From Bacteroidota bacterium (lineage in GTDB: Bacteria; Bacteroidota; Rhodothermia; Rhodothermales; UBA10348): a stretch of DNA of 62,833 bases. Both the position numbers and the translations under genes were made by a program. Below the pieces are notes generated by a model. It worked only from the letters and a program-made list of their open reading frames with translations, ran no database searches and was not told the DNA's origin. Numbering within the stretch: position 1 is the stretch's first letter; each line of letters begins with the position of its first letter. Of this stretch, positions 17,190 through 25,948 are shown one piece after another. The stretch is from positions 1-62,833 of the forward strand of contig JACZYD010000003.1 in the NCBI GenBank assembly GCA_022571255.1, given 5' to 3'.

Positions 17190-17840
17190 TCAGGTCCCGC
17201 GTTCTCCTTCAATCCATTGAACCCCGTGCTGGATCAACTCCGAGGCCGACTTCAGATTCAATTTGTCCTTGATGCGCGATCGGTATGATTCGACAGTTTT
17301 CACAGAGAGGTGTAATTTCTCTGCAATCTCTCTCGTCGATATTCCCCGACCGATCATCTCGAATACTTCAAGTTCGCGATCACTCAAGACATCCAACGGT
17401 GAATTGGAGAGCGAATCGTGACCGGAAACCATGCTGATCAACAACCTCTCGTTGATTTCTTCACTTACGTATATGCCCCCGCCGACGACGCGTCGCACAG
17501 CATCCACGATCACATCTCCTGCCTCGAGCTTCATTACGTAACCCCGTGCTCCGGCGCGAATCGCACGTTCAGCATATAAGGCTTCATCGTGTCTGGATAC
17601 AACGAGGCATAACATTTTAGGCTCTACCGCACGCACGCATTTAATGAACTCGAGGCCTCCCATGCCTGGCAGCGAGATATCTACTATGATGAGGTCGAGG
17701 TCATTTTTCTCGAGAATATCCAAGGCCTCCTCGGCGCTTTCTGCCTGTTCCGTTACATTCAGGTCCATCGCTTCGTTGAGTGTCAGAGCCAGACCCTTGC
17801 GCATCAGCGGATGGTCGTCGACGATTAGAATGTTGGTCAT
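17190..17840 (-). CDS. NarL/LuxR-family response regulator
   Basis: ILIVDDHPLMRKG and DLIIVDISLPGMGG receiver motifs, plus a C-terminal LuxR HTH (LSDRELEVFEMIGRGISTREIAEKLHLSVKTVESYRSRI). Confidence 0.92.
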   Translation of the reverse strand: MTNILIVDDHPLMRKGLALTLNEAMDLNVTEQAESAEEALDILEKNDLDLIIVDISLPGMGGLEFIKCVRAVEPKMLCLVVSRHDEALYAERAIRAGARGYVMKLEAGDVIVDAVRRVVGGGIYVSEEINERLLISMVSGHDSLSNSPLDVLSDRELEVFEMIGRGISTREIAEKLHLSVKTVESYRSRIKDKLNLKSASELIQHGVQWIEGERGT

Positions 17841-17857
17841 AAGACAGATATTGAACT

Positions 17858-19363
17858 TTAAAAAAATTCTTTTGGTACGCGGCAGCACACATCCACGCCG
17901 CCGCTCTGATTCTGCGAGAGTGAAAAATACCCTCGTATCATACGCGACCGGTATTGCATGATTCCGAGTCCCATGCCGGATGATTTCAGGGGCCTTTCTT
18001 CATCAATGCCTGTCCCGTTGTCGGAGACCGTGAGTATCATGTCATCCGTATTCGATTCGATCCGGATTTCGATCTCGGTCGCCTTTCCGTGTTTGACCGC
18101 GTTACTTACCGCCTCTTGGGCAATTCGGTACAGATGTGTGGCAATGCTGTTATTCTTAACCAGTGTGTCGACCGGGTCATCGAACGAACACTCGATGTCG
18201 AAGAGCCTCTCAGAATTGGCCGCCAGTCTCTTTAAAGCAAAAGCGAGGCCGTTACTTTCTACCTCAACGGGAACCAGGTTGCGGGCAATGTCTCTCGCGA
18301 GTTGATCGGCTTCTTTTACCATTCTTGTTAATTCGTCTATCTCATCTGCGCATTTCGGGTTTTCCGGACGCAATTTATTGGCCAGACTTTGAGAAATGAG
18401 ACCGATACCTGTAATTGCTTGCCCCAGACCATCATGCAGGTCCTGTCCGATACGTTGTCTCTCCAGTTCGCTGACTCGCAGCAATGCCTGTTCGAGGTTG
18501 CGACGCTCTGTGATATCACGGACGATTCCAGTAAAAAGACGTCGTCCGGATATTTGCAACTCGCTGACAGAAAGCTCCATCGGAAACTCAGAACCATCCT
18601 TTCGGCGTCCAACAACCTCGCGGCCGATCCCAATTATTTTGGCAATACCCGTTGCGAGATAGGAATCGATATAATGATTGTGGGGCTTGATATTACTATC
18701 CGGCATTAACATGGAGACATCTTCTCCGAGCGCTTCGTCGGTTTCATAACCGAAAATCCGTTCTGCTGCTCGATTAAAGGTCTCAATGCGACCACGTATG
18801 TCAATCGTAATGATTCCGTCGACGGTGGTATCAAGTATCGCTCTTACTTTAGCCTCACTCTCGCCAAGCGCAGACTGTACTGATCGGTATTCGTCGATGG
18901 TTGAGGTCAGTTCTTCGTTGATCCGCTCGAGTTCGTTGGTATGGATAACATTCGTTTCCATGAATTCAGATCGGATATTGGCTCGCTCTTTGATGAACTT
19001 GAGACGCGATCGAATAATTTCCGGGGACGATTCTATTTCAAAACAGTCGTCGATCTTCTGAAATACGGGAGGGCGGAGACAAGACGTATTGCCATTTTCC
19101 AGAAGTGAAATAATTATGCACTGATCTCTGTTCTGCCCGTCGTGAATCCGATCTACGAACGAGATGGACTCCTCGTTGGTGTCGCAAAGAAGCACCAATT
19201 CGAACGGATTATTTTTGTGCTCCTTCAGCGCTTCCTCCGCGCGTGTATGTTTCTTGACCACGTATGATTGATCTTCGAGTACGTCCTCAAGTATACTTGT
19301 CTGCATGCGATCGCAAAAGAGTATTAATGTTCTCATAAGTGAGGGGGAGAGTAAAAATTCCAT
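17858..19363 (-). CDS. PAS sensor histidine kinase (HisKA_3 type) with N-terminal receiver-like domain
   Basis: PAS (AILDTTVDGIITIDIRGRIETFN), H-box ERQRIGQDLHDGLGQ and an HATPase_c C-terminus. Ends 17 nt upstream of the response regulator gene. Confidence 0.88.
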   Translation of the reverse strand: MEFLLSPSLMRTLILFCDRMQTSILEDVLEDQSYVVKKHTRAEEALKEHKNNPFELVLLCDTNEESISFVDRIHDGQNRDQCIIISLLENGNTSCLRPPVFQKIDDCFEIESSPEIIRSRLKFIKERANIRSEFMETNVIHTNELERINEELTSTIDEYRSVQSALGESEAKVRAILDTTVDGIITIDIRGRIETFNRAAERIFGYETDEALGEDVSMLMPDSNIKPHNHYIDSYLATGIAKIIGIGREVVGRRKDGSEFPMELSVSELQISGRRLFTGIVRDITERRNLEQALLRVSELERQRIGQDLHDGLGQAITGIGLISQSLANKLRPENPKCADEIDELTRMVKEADQLARDIARNLVPVEVESNGLAFALKRLAANSERLFDIECSFDDPVDTLVKNNSIATHLYRIAQEAVSNAVKHGKATEIEIRIESNTDDMILTVSDNGTGIDEERPLKSSGMGLGIMQYRSRMIRGYFSLSQNQSGGVDVCCRVPKEFF

Positions 19364-19577
19364 AATTCCCGGCGCGGCAGCACAGACCCCGAATGTAACG
19401 TAAATGGAATCCCCGTTTTTGTTCGAAGGCTTTTTTCCCGAAATGGTGTGGGAGAATCCCCTACGTCAATTCTTGTATATCCGCCCTGCACGCGCTACAT
19501 TTTTTGCAGATTATGTTACTCATAAGCAGTTAGTAAAGCTTTGAGAGCGCATTTCTACTTTCCGACCAACAATAACT

Positions 19578-19976
19578 ATGGAAAGATTGTTCGAAAGACG
19601 GTTAGAGAGCCTCGCAGAAATCTTCGCTTTTTTGAAAGATGCGAGTGAAGCGATGTCTCTCGATGATCGTTTATCCTTTTCCGTCAATATGGCGGTCGAG
19701 GAATTGTTCACGAACATGATCAAGTACGGAGCGAGTGGCGAGAAAGAAATCCTCGTCGGTATCGAACGTACTCCAAATCAGCTTCATATTCGCCTTGTCG
19801 ATTATGACTCTGAACCGTTCGATTTGACCGATCTTGAATCGATTGACATCTCTGCTCCACTCGAAAAAAGGCGTCCCGGCGGCTTAGGCATCCACCTTGT
19901 CAAGTGTATTATGGATGAGGTGAAATACGAGTACAAAGACCGGACGACACACATTCTACTTACAAAATATCTTTAG
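19578..19976 (+). CDS. RsbW/SpoIIAB-like anti-sigma serine kinase (HATPase_c_2)
   Basis: 132 aa with AVEELFTNMIKYG (N-box) and RRPGGLGIHLVKCIMDEV (G-box). Confidence 0.8.
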   Translation: MERLFERRLESLAEIFAFLKDASEAMSLDDRLSFSVNMAVEELFTNMIKYGASGEKEILVGIERTPNQLHIRLVDYDSEPFDLTDLESIDISAPLEKRRPGGLGIHLVKCIMDEVKYEYKDRTTHILLTKYL

Positions 19977-19981
19977 GGCAC

Positions 19982-20266
19982 ATGTTCGAGATCGATCGAA
20001 TCAGCGAATCGGAAATCAGTCTGGCCGGGCATTTTGATGCCTCTCAGCAGGAAAAAGCATCAAAAATATTCGAAGAGATAAAAACATCCCATACCGTGCT
20101 TTTCAATGAACTTGATTATATCTCCAGTGCGGGCCTGAGTATTCTTTTGTACACGCAACAACGCTTGTCGGAGGTTGGAGACGCATTGAAGCTGAAAGGC
20201 ATGAACCCTCATGTGAAGCTCGTATTTGAATATGCGGGATTCGATCAGATATTCGATATTGAATAA
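19982..20266 (+). CDS. STAS-domain anti-anti-sigma factor (short)
   Basis: 94 aa with LDYISSAGLSILL and a C-terminal ...FEYAGFDQIFDI typical of SpoIIAA/RsbV-type STAS. Begins 5 nt after the kinase gene. Confidence 0.75.
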   Translation: MFEIDRISESEISLAGHFDASQQEKASKIFEEIKTSHTVLFNELDYISSAGLSILLYTQQRLSEVGDALKLKGMNPHVKLVFEYAGFDQIFDIE

Positions 20267-20315
20267 TCTTACCAACTTTTCGTCATGCCACTTGTAATTC
20301 CTCCAGAAGGACTGA

Positions 20316-20864
20316 ATGATTGACGCAAGTGACCAGACTTTAATTAAGCGAATACTTCACGGTGATCAGCGAGCGTTTGGTGACCTGTTGGACCGGTATG
20401 AGAAGGTTGTATACAATGCGGCATATCGCGTACTTGGCAATGAGGCCGATGCGGAAGATGTAACACAGACGGTATTTTTGAAAGTGTACGAGAATCTGGC
20501 AACATATAATCCGAAGTATCGCTTTTTCAGCTGGTTGTACAGGATCGCCCTTAATGAGTCGATCAACGTCAGGAAGCGTATCCGGCCGTCGGTCGACCTG
20601 TCCGAAGTAACACCAGTCGAAGCCGGCACCGCCGAGACGTTATTGCTTGATTCGGACCTGGAAGAACAGATTGGCCGGGCGCTCATGTCGCTGACACCGG
20701 AGAACAGGGCGATTCTCATTCTGCGCCATTACCAGGAGTTTTCCTACCGGGAAATCGCCTACATCATGGATCTGACCGAATCGAAAATAAAAGCTCGATT
20801 ATTCAGTGCTCGTCAAAGACTGGGACAAATTCTGTTGACGAAAGGATTGAGAGCAGAGATATGA
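20316..20864 (+). CDS. ECF (group 4) sigma-70 factor
   Basis: Region 2 (VVYNAAYRVLGNEADAEDVTQTVFLKVYENL) and region 4 HTH (LTPENRAILILRHYQEFSYREIAYIMDLTESKIKARLFSARQRL). Confidence 0.92.
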   Translation: MIDASDQTLIKRILHGDQRAFGDLLDRYEKVVYNAAYRVLGNEADAEDVTQTVFLKVYENLATYNPKYRFFSWLYRIALNESINVRKRIRPSVDLSEVTPVEAGTAETLLLDSDLEEQIGRALMSLTPENRAILILRHYQEFSYREIAYIMDLTESKIKARLFSARQRLGQILLTKGLRAEI

Positions 20865-21652
20865 AGGAAAAATACCAGGACCTGCTTCAGTATGAAATTG
20901 ACGGGCTGAACAGCAGTGAAGAGAGCGATCGACTGCAACGGCTGTTGGCGTCAGATTCGTCAATCCGCCAGATTTTCGATGAGTTATCGGCCGTCCAGGT
21001 TGCTTTTGACTCGCTCGCGGAAAAAACGCCTCCGCAGACGCTCCGGGCTTCCATTTTGAACTCACTGCCGGAAGCTGCCTGGCGAACTTCTACGACGGAA
21101 TCTCGCGTCTCGTTGTGGCAGTCTGTTCAGTCTTTGATTTTTCAACCCAAGCCCATATCCCTTGCGTATGCATTCTCGGTAGGGATTCTGGTCTCTTTTA
21201 TTGTGTGGAATGTGGCGCTTCTTCCAGATGGAGCGTCGATTGACCCGGGTCTTGTCGGCACCATGGCTCCTGCGGGATCCCCCATTATTTATGAGAATGA
21301 TATTTCGGATGACGCTCGCCTCGGGACGATATTCGTCACATCACGGAATGGGCTGATTCGAGTAGAAATCAGGTGGACGGGCGAGCAGAGCGCAACAGCG
21401 ACGGTGAAATATGCCCCGGAAATCATGTACGCGACCGGTGTTGAAAGCGTGATGGGAGAGAGTACGCTCCGGTCAATGACTCGCTCTGCGGCATCGATTG
21501 AATACGTCACAGAAAGCTCGTCCATAGATATTACAACACTTGTCATCGTTGATGGAGTACAGGATTCGGATGTCCCAATAGTGGACGTTTGGATTTCTGC
21601 ACCCGGAATGACAGAAACGAAACATCGTATTCCCGTGATTGCGTCAAAATAG
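20861..21652 (+). CDS. membrane-spanning anti-sigma factor (putative)
   Basis: ATGA start/stop overlap with the ECF sigma gene. N-terminal anti-sigma-like helix region, a single TM (ISLAYAFSVGILVSFIVWNVALL), and an extracytoplasmic C-domain. Confidence 0.65.
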   Translation: MKEKYQDLLQYEIDGLNSSEESDRLQRLLASDSSIRQIFDELSAVQVAFDSLAEKTPPQTLRASILNSLPEAAWRTSTTESRVSLWQSVQSLIFQPKPISLAYAFSVGILVSFIVWNVALLPDGASIDPGLVGTMAPAGSPIIYENDISDDARLGTIFVTSRNGLIRVEIRWTGEQSATATVKYAPEIMYATGVESVMGESTLRSMTRSAASIEYVTESSSIDITTLVIVDGVQDSDVPIVDVWISAPGMTETKHRIPVIASK

Positions 21653-21854
21653 CACCATCAGAGGCTCCAGGTGACGAATTATTTTATTTTGAAACCTGGA
21701 ATAACCAACACAACAACAGTTTGTATGTAGAGGCAAAAGAGTTCAAATGCGTTCGCATGAATCGACAATTACGAATCGATCGACAGAACGGCAATAACAC
21801 TCAGATGCAAAAGACAGATAAACGCAAGAGCTAATCAATCAGGAGGTGGAAATC

Positions 21855-22838
21855 ATGACACGCAACAAAGCAATCGCCGCAGCAGCACTCTTAGTGGGAA
21901 TGCTTCTTGTCGTGTTCGTAGTTTTTATAGACTACCCGGCGGGTGACAGCAGCATATCAGGCACCATGGCGGATCCGGACAAGGACAAAAAGATCGCTGG
22001 TGTTGAAAAATCTGACAGAAGCCGGACCGAACAAATTTCGGATGCAGACGTCCAGCTGGACGACGCTTCGTTTCAGCAGTTGATGCAGAACGACGACTTC
22101 GTCGCCATTATCACCAGCGGTAGTCTGGCATTAACGGCTCTTGATCGTATTTCGAACGAACTTGGACGAGAAACACTGGACCGGGCGACTCAGAATGGAG
22201 ATTTCTTCCGCGCGGCGATTGAAATGGAGCGTCAGGGTGTATCGGAAGATTTTGCTCGCGCACTGGAACGAGCCGAATTTGACCGTGCCGCTTTCGATCG
22301 CTCGGGTGAAGGATTTGATCGTCTCGCAAGAGAAATGGAAAGAGCAGCCTTCGAACGTGCTTTAGAACGTGCAGGACTCGATCGCGCAGAAATGCAAAAG
22401 GCGGGCCTGGATCGTGAAAGCCTCGAACGGGCGGGATTCGATCGGATCGACTTCGAACGAGCCGACTTGCAGAAAGCACTCGAACGGGCGGGTCTCGAAC
22501 GTGCCGACCTTGAAAAAGCTGGATTTGACCGTGCTGCTTTGAATCGTGCGGTGTCGGATATGGAACGTGCAACGGCTGATTTCAACCGTGCCGACATGGA
22601 AAAAACTGCAGGATTGTTCAAAAGCGATCAGATGCGTACGGACCTTGCCAGACTGGCCCGTGTCGATGACCTCGGAAGAGCGATCGATGGATTCTACCGC
22701 TCAGATGCGGCACGATCTCTTGAGCGTGCAGGTAGTTTTGAAAGGATGACCTGGGATCGCGCCGGTGCCATGGCTCGTGAGGCTGGACTTGAGCGAGGAG
22801 AATTAGGACGCGCAGACCTTGGACGTGCAGAAAATTAA
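21855..22838 (+). CDS. membrane-anchored, highly charged protein built of 5-residue repeats A-x-(L/F)-(D/E)-(R/K)
   Basis: AGGAGG at 21841-21846, 8 nt before the ATG. N-terminal TM (AIAAAALLVGMLLVVFVVFI). Then ~40 units such as AGLDR/AEMQK/AGFDR/ADLEK. Confidence 0.7.
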   Translation: MTRNKAIAAAALLVGMLLVVFVVFIDYPAGDSSISGTMADPDKDKKIAGVEKSDRSRTEQISDADVQLDDASFQQLMQNDDFVAIITSGSLALTALDRISNELGRETLDRATQNGDFFRAAIEMERQGVSEDFARALERAEFDRAAFDRSGEGFDRLAREMERAAFERALERAGLDRAEMQKAGLDRESLERAGFDRIDFERADLQKALERAGLERADLEKAGFDRAALNRAVSDMERATADFNRADMEKTAGLFKSDQMRTDLARLARVDDLGRAIDGFYRSDAARSLERAGSFERMTWDRAGAMAREAGLERGELGRADLGRAEN

Positions 22839-22966
22839 TGGCGAAGAACTTCGCGAAGATCATGGGAGATCTTCCGATGTGGAGGCAAAGGTAGAGGGAG
22901 GCGATCGGCTCGAAAGGGCGGGTCGCCTTCGTCATTTTCAATTTGTGTGAAAACGTGAGGCGTGTT

Positions 22967-25921
22967 ATGAAGAATACTTTTGTAGTGGTGGGTCTATGTG
23001 TACTCTCTGCAATCGTGATGCCTGGCGTTGTCTCCGGGCAATACCGGTCATTCGAAACAGACAACCTCCGGTTGATTTATTACGACCTGGCTTCGGATTT
23101 CCTGGTCAAACACGTGGCGAGGAGTTTTCATAATTCTCTCGATGTGTATGAGAAGTTTTACGGGTATACCCCTGACGAGCGCGTGACCATGTTCATTCAC
23201 GACGCTCAGGACTACGGGAACGCGGGCGCCGACGTTTTACCCAGGAATTTTATCAATCTTGGAATGGCGCCGCTCAATTATGCCTTCGAGATGGCACCCG
23301 CCAACGAGCGCATAAATTCTACGCTGCACCACGAGCTGGTACATGTGGTCACGAATGACCATGCAACGAGTCGGGATAAATTTTTCCGGAGTATTTTCTC
23401 GGGGAAGGTTGCGGTCAGTAAGCACGACCCGCTGTCCGTTTTCTACAGCTACCTCACGGCTCCACGGCGATACGCACCGCGCTGGTATCAGGAAGGAATC
23501 GCGGTGTTTATGGAGACCTGGATGTCCGGTCAGATCGGGCGCTCTCTGGGTGGGTATGACGAAATGGTTTTCAGGACGCGCGTGCTTGAAGGTCGACAGT
23601 TTTACGATAAAATAGGCCTGGAAACCGAAGGCACAGCCGATTTCCAAGTTGGTGTAAACTCGTATCTGTACGGAACACGATTCATGAGTTATCTGGCTCT
23701 GCAATACAGTCCGGAGAAGGTGGTCGACTGGATGAACCGACCGGAAGGAAGCAAAGCCAGTTTTATGAGTCAGTTCAAGTATGTGTTTGATCTTTCGATG
23801 AGTGACGCATGGGCAAACTGGATACAATTCGAAAAAGTATTTCAGTTGGCGAACAGAGACAGTATTCGGGTATACCCCGTCACGGAGTACCGCAATATCG
23901 CATCCCGGCCACTCGGGTCGATGTCCAAGGCATTTGTTGATACGACCACGAACGAGCTTCTGGCGGCCGTCCGATTTCCGGGAAAACTCTCCTACATCAC
24001 GGGCATAAATCTGACGACCGGCAAAGAGAGCAAAAAGCGAGGCATAACCGGCCCGACATTGCTTACCGTAAGCTCGGTGGCCTTTGACGCAGAAAACAGA
24101 CGTGTTTTTTACTCCAACAACAATAACCGCTGGCGGGACCTTGCAGTCGTGGATCTTGAGACGGGCGATCAGAAAACATTGATCGATGGAGGAAGAATCG
24201 GCGACCTGGCCTTCAACAGGTCCGATGGTTCTTTATGGGGCGTACGCCATTCTCTGGGATTTTCTACGCTGGTCCGTATTCCCGCGCCGTACGACGATTG
24301 GGACCACGTCGACGATTTTCCGTACGGCCGAGACATTTACGACATCGACATTTCGCCTGACGGCGTCTGGCTGACGGGCGCCGTGGCCGAAATCAACGGC
24401 GACCAGAGCCTGGTTCGCGCACGCATTTCGGATCTCCTGCAGGGAAAGGAAGACTACGAGACACTTTTTGCTTTTGATACGTCGAATCCCGAGGGTTTTG
24501 TGTTTTCGCCCGACGGCTCGGCGCTGTACGGTTCATCTTATTTTTCCGGCGTATCCAATATTCTCAAATACAATTTCGCCGACAGTACGTTGTACGCTGT
24601 TACCAACGGCGAAACAGGGTATTTCAGGCCAATTCCGCTGGACGGAGATTCTCTGATTGCCTTCCGGTTTACGTCAGACGGATTCCAGCCCGTCATGATA
24701 CCGGACGATGTCGTCCAGGTAAAAGCGGTCGATTTTCTGGGGCAAAGAGTGATCGAAGAACATCCCGTTGTGCTGGATTGGATGGCCCCGCCGCCCAGTC
24801 GCATCGACCTCGATGAAGTCGGATACCGGGACGTACCGTATAAGAGTTTCAGTCAGATTCGGATCGAATCAATGTATCCGATTCTCCGGGGATACAAGGA
24901 TTACGCTTCTGTAGGGCTGCGGGTCAATCTGTCGGATCCACTGGGTATGCATAGAATCGAGATCGCAGCCTCCGTCACTCCTACGAACAAATTGCCCTCG
25001 GATGAACGATTCCACGGCAGTCTGGACTATTCGTATCTGGACTGGTCCCTTTCGGCTTCCTATAACAGATCGTTTTTCTACGATCTTTTCGGGCCTACCA
25101 TCCGAAGCGCGCGCGGAGGGGCTGTTGAGGTGGGATACAATTATTCACTCTCTTATGACGGACCCAGGAAAAACCTCAGTCTGGACCTTGGACTTGCCGG
25201 CTATTTTGACATCGAGCGGCTTCCCGACTTCCAGAATGTGCTTGCGCCGTTCACTGAAATGGCAAGCGGACACGCAACGCTGGCGTACAAAAATGTCCGA
25301 TCCTCACTGGGCGCCGTGGATACGGAGTCAGGATTCCAGGCATCTCTTACCGGGCAGTCGAACTTTGTGAACAACGAGTTTTTCCCGCGCGTCTCAGGCG
25401 AAATCGGTCTCGGCTATCTTTTGCCTGCCTCTCATATCTCGCTCTGGTTACGGGGATATGCCGGCGCGTCTGCCGGTGAGGCTGACAACCCGTTTGCGAA
25501 CTACTTCTTTGGAGGATTTCGGAACAATTACGTGGACGACCAGGAGGCGAAACAGTACCAGAGAGCCATAGCGTTCCCGGGTCTGGAAATAGACGAGGTT
25601 GGAGGAAATAACTTTGCCAAGGTTCAGGCCGAGTTGATTTTGCCTCCGCTGAGGCTGAGACACATCGGTGGGTCATTCCTGTTTCTTAAATGGATACGTC
25701 TGTCGGTATTTTCTACAGCGATCATAACCAATTTGCACAGAGACGAAATGGTGGATGACGTTTTTCTTCAGGAGAGATCGATCAACGGCGGAGCGCAACT
25801 CGACATGCAGATCATGCTCTTTTCTTATCTTCGGTCCATGATTTCCATTGGCGGTGCCGTTGCGCGAAAACGCGACGGATCCAGGCGCGAGGAGTTCATG
25901 GTGTCACTCAAGATCTTATAA
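22967..25921 (+). CDS. secreted/outer-membrane protein: HExxH metallopeptidase-like domain, PD40-type beta-propeller repeats, C-terminal beta-barrel
   Basis: Signal peptide MKNTFVVVGLCVLSAIVMPGVVSG. HHELVH plus downstream EGIAVFME (gluzincin-like). Repeated DISPDG/FSPDGS propeller blades. Alternating-hydrophobic C-terminal ~350 aa. Confidence 0.7.
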   Translation: MKNTFVVVGLCVLSAIVMPGVVSGQYRSFETDNLRLIYYDLASDFLVKHVARSFHNSLDVYEKFYGYTPDERVTMFIHDAQDYGNAGADVLPRNFINLGMAPLNYAFEMAPANERINSTLHHELVHVVTNDHATSRDKFFRSIFSGKVAVSKHDPLSVFYSYLTAPRRYAPRWYQEGIAVFMETWMSGQIGRSLGGYDEMVFRTRVLEGRQFYDKIGLETEGTADFQVGVNSYLYGTRFMSYLALQYSPEKVVDWMNRPEGSKASFMSQFKYVFDLSMSDAWANWIQFEKVFQLANRDSIRVYPVTEYRNIASRPLGSMSKAFVDTTTNELLAAVRFPGKLSYITGINLTTGKESKKRGITGPTLLTVSSVAFDAENRRVFYSNNNNRWRDLAVVDLETGDQKTLIDGGRIGDLAFNRSDGSLWGVRHSLGFSTLVRIPAPYDDWDHVDDFPYGRDIYDIDISPDGVWLTGAVAEINGDQSLVRARISDLLQGKEDYETLFAFDTSNPEGFVFSPDGSALYGSSYFSGVSNILKYNFADSTLYAVTNGETGYFRPIPLDGDSLIAFRFTSDGFQPVMIPDDVVQVKAVDFLGQRVIEEHPVVLDWMAPPPSRIDLDEVGYRDVPYKSFSQIRIESMYPILRGYKDYASVGLRVNLSDPLGMHRIEIAASVTPTNKLPSDERFHGSLDYSYLDWSLSASYNRSFFYDLFGPTIRSARGGAVEVGYNYSLSYDGPRKNLSLDLGLAGYFDIERLPDFQNVLAPFTEMASGHATLAYKNVRSSLGAVDTESGFQASLTGQSNFVNNEFFPRVSGEIGLGYLLPASHISLWLRGYAGASAGEADNPFANYFFGGFRNNYVDDQEAKQYQRAIAFPGLEIDEVGGNNFAKVQAELILPPLRLRHIGGSFLFLKWIRLSVFSTAIITNLHRDEMVDDVFLQERSINGGAQLDMQIMLFSYLRSMISIGGAVARKRDGSRREEFMVSLKIL

Positions 25922-25948
25922 ATTCGATCCCGGTAGGCGTGTGACACA

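Noticed and set aside
22232-22621. 129-aa Ala/Arg/Ser-rich minus-strand ORF and other ORFs overlapping 21855-22838.
   Set aside because: They are antisense or out-of-frame readings of the 15-nt-periodic repeat gene. The plus-strand frame has an AGGAGG site, a TM anchor and a coherent repeat.
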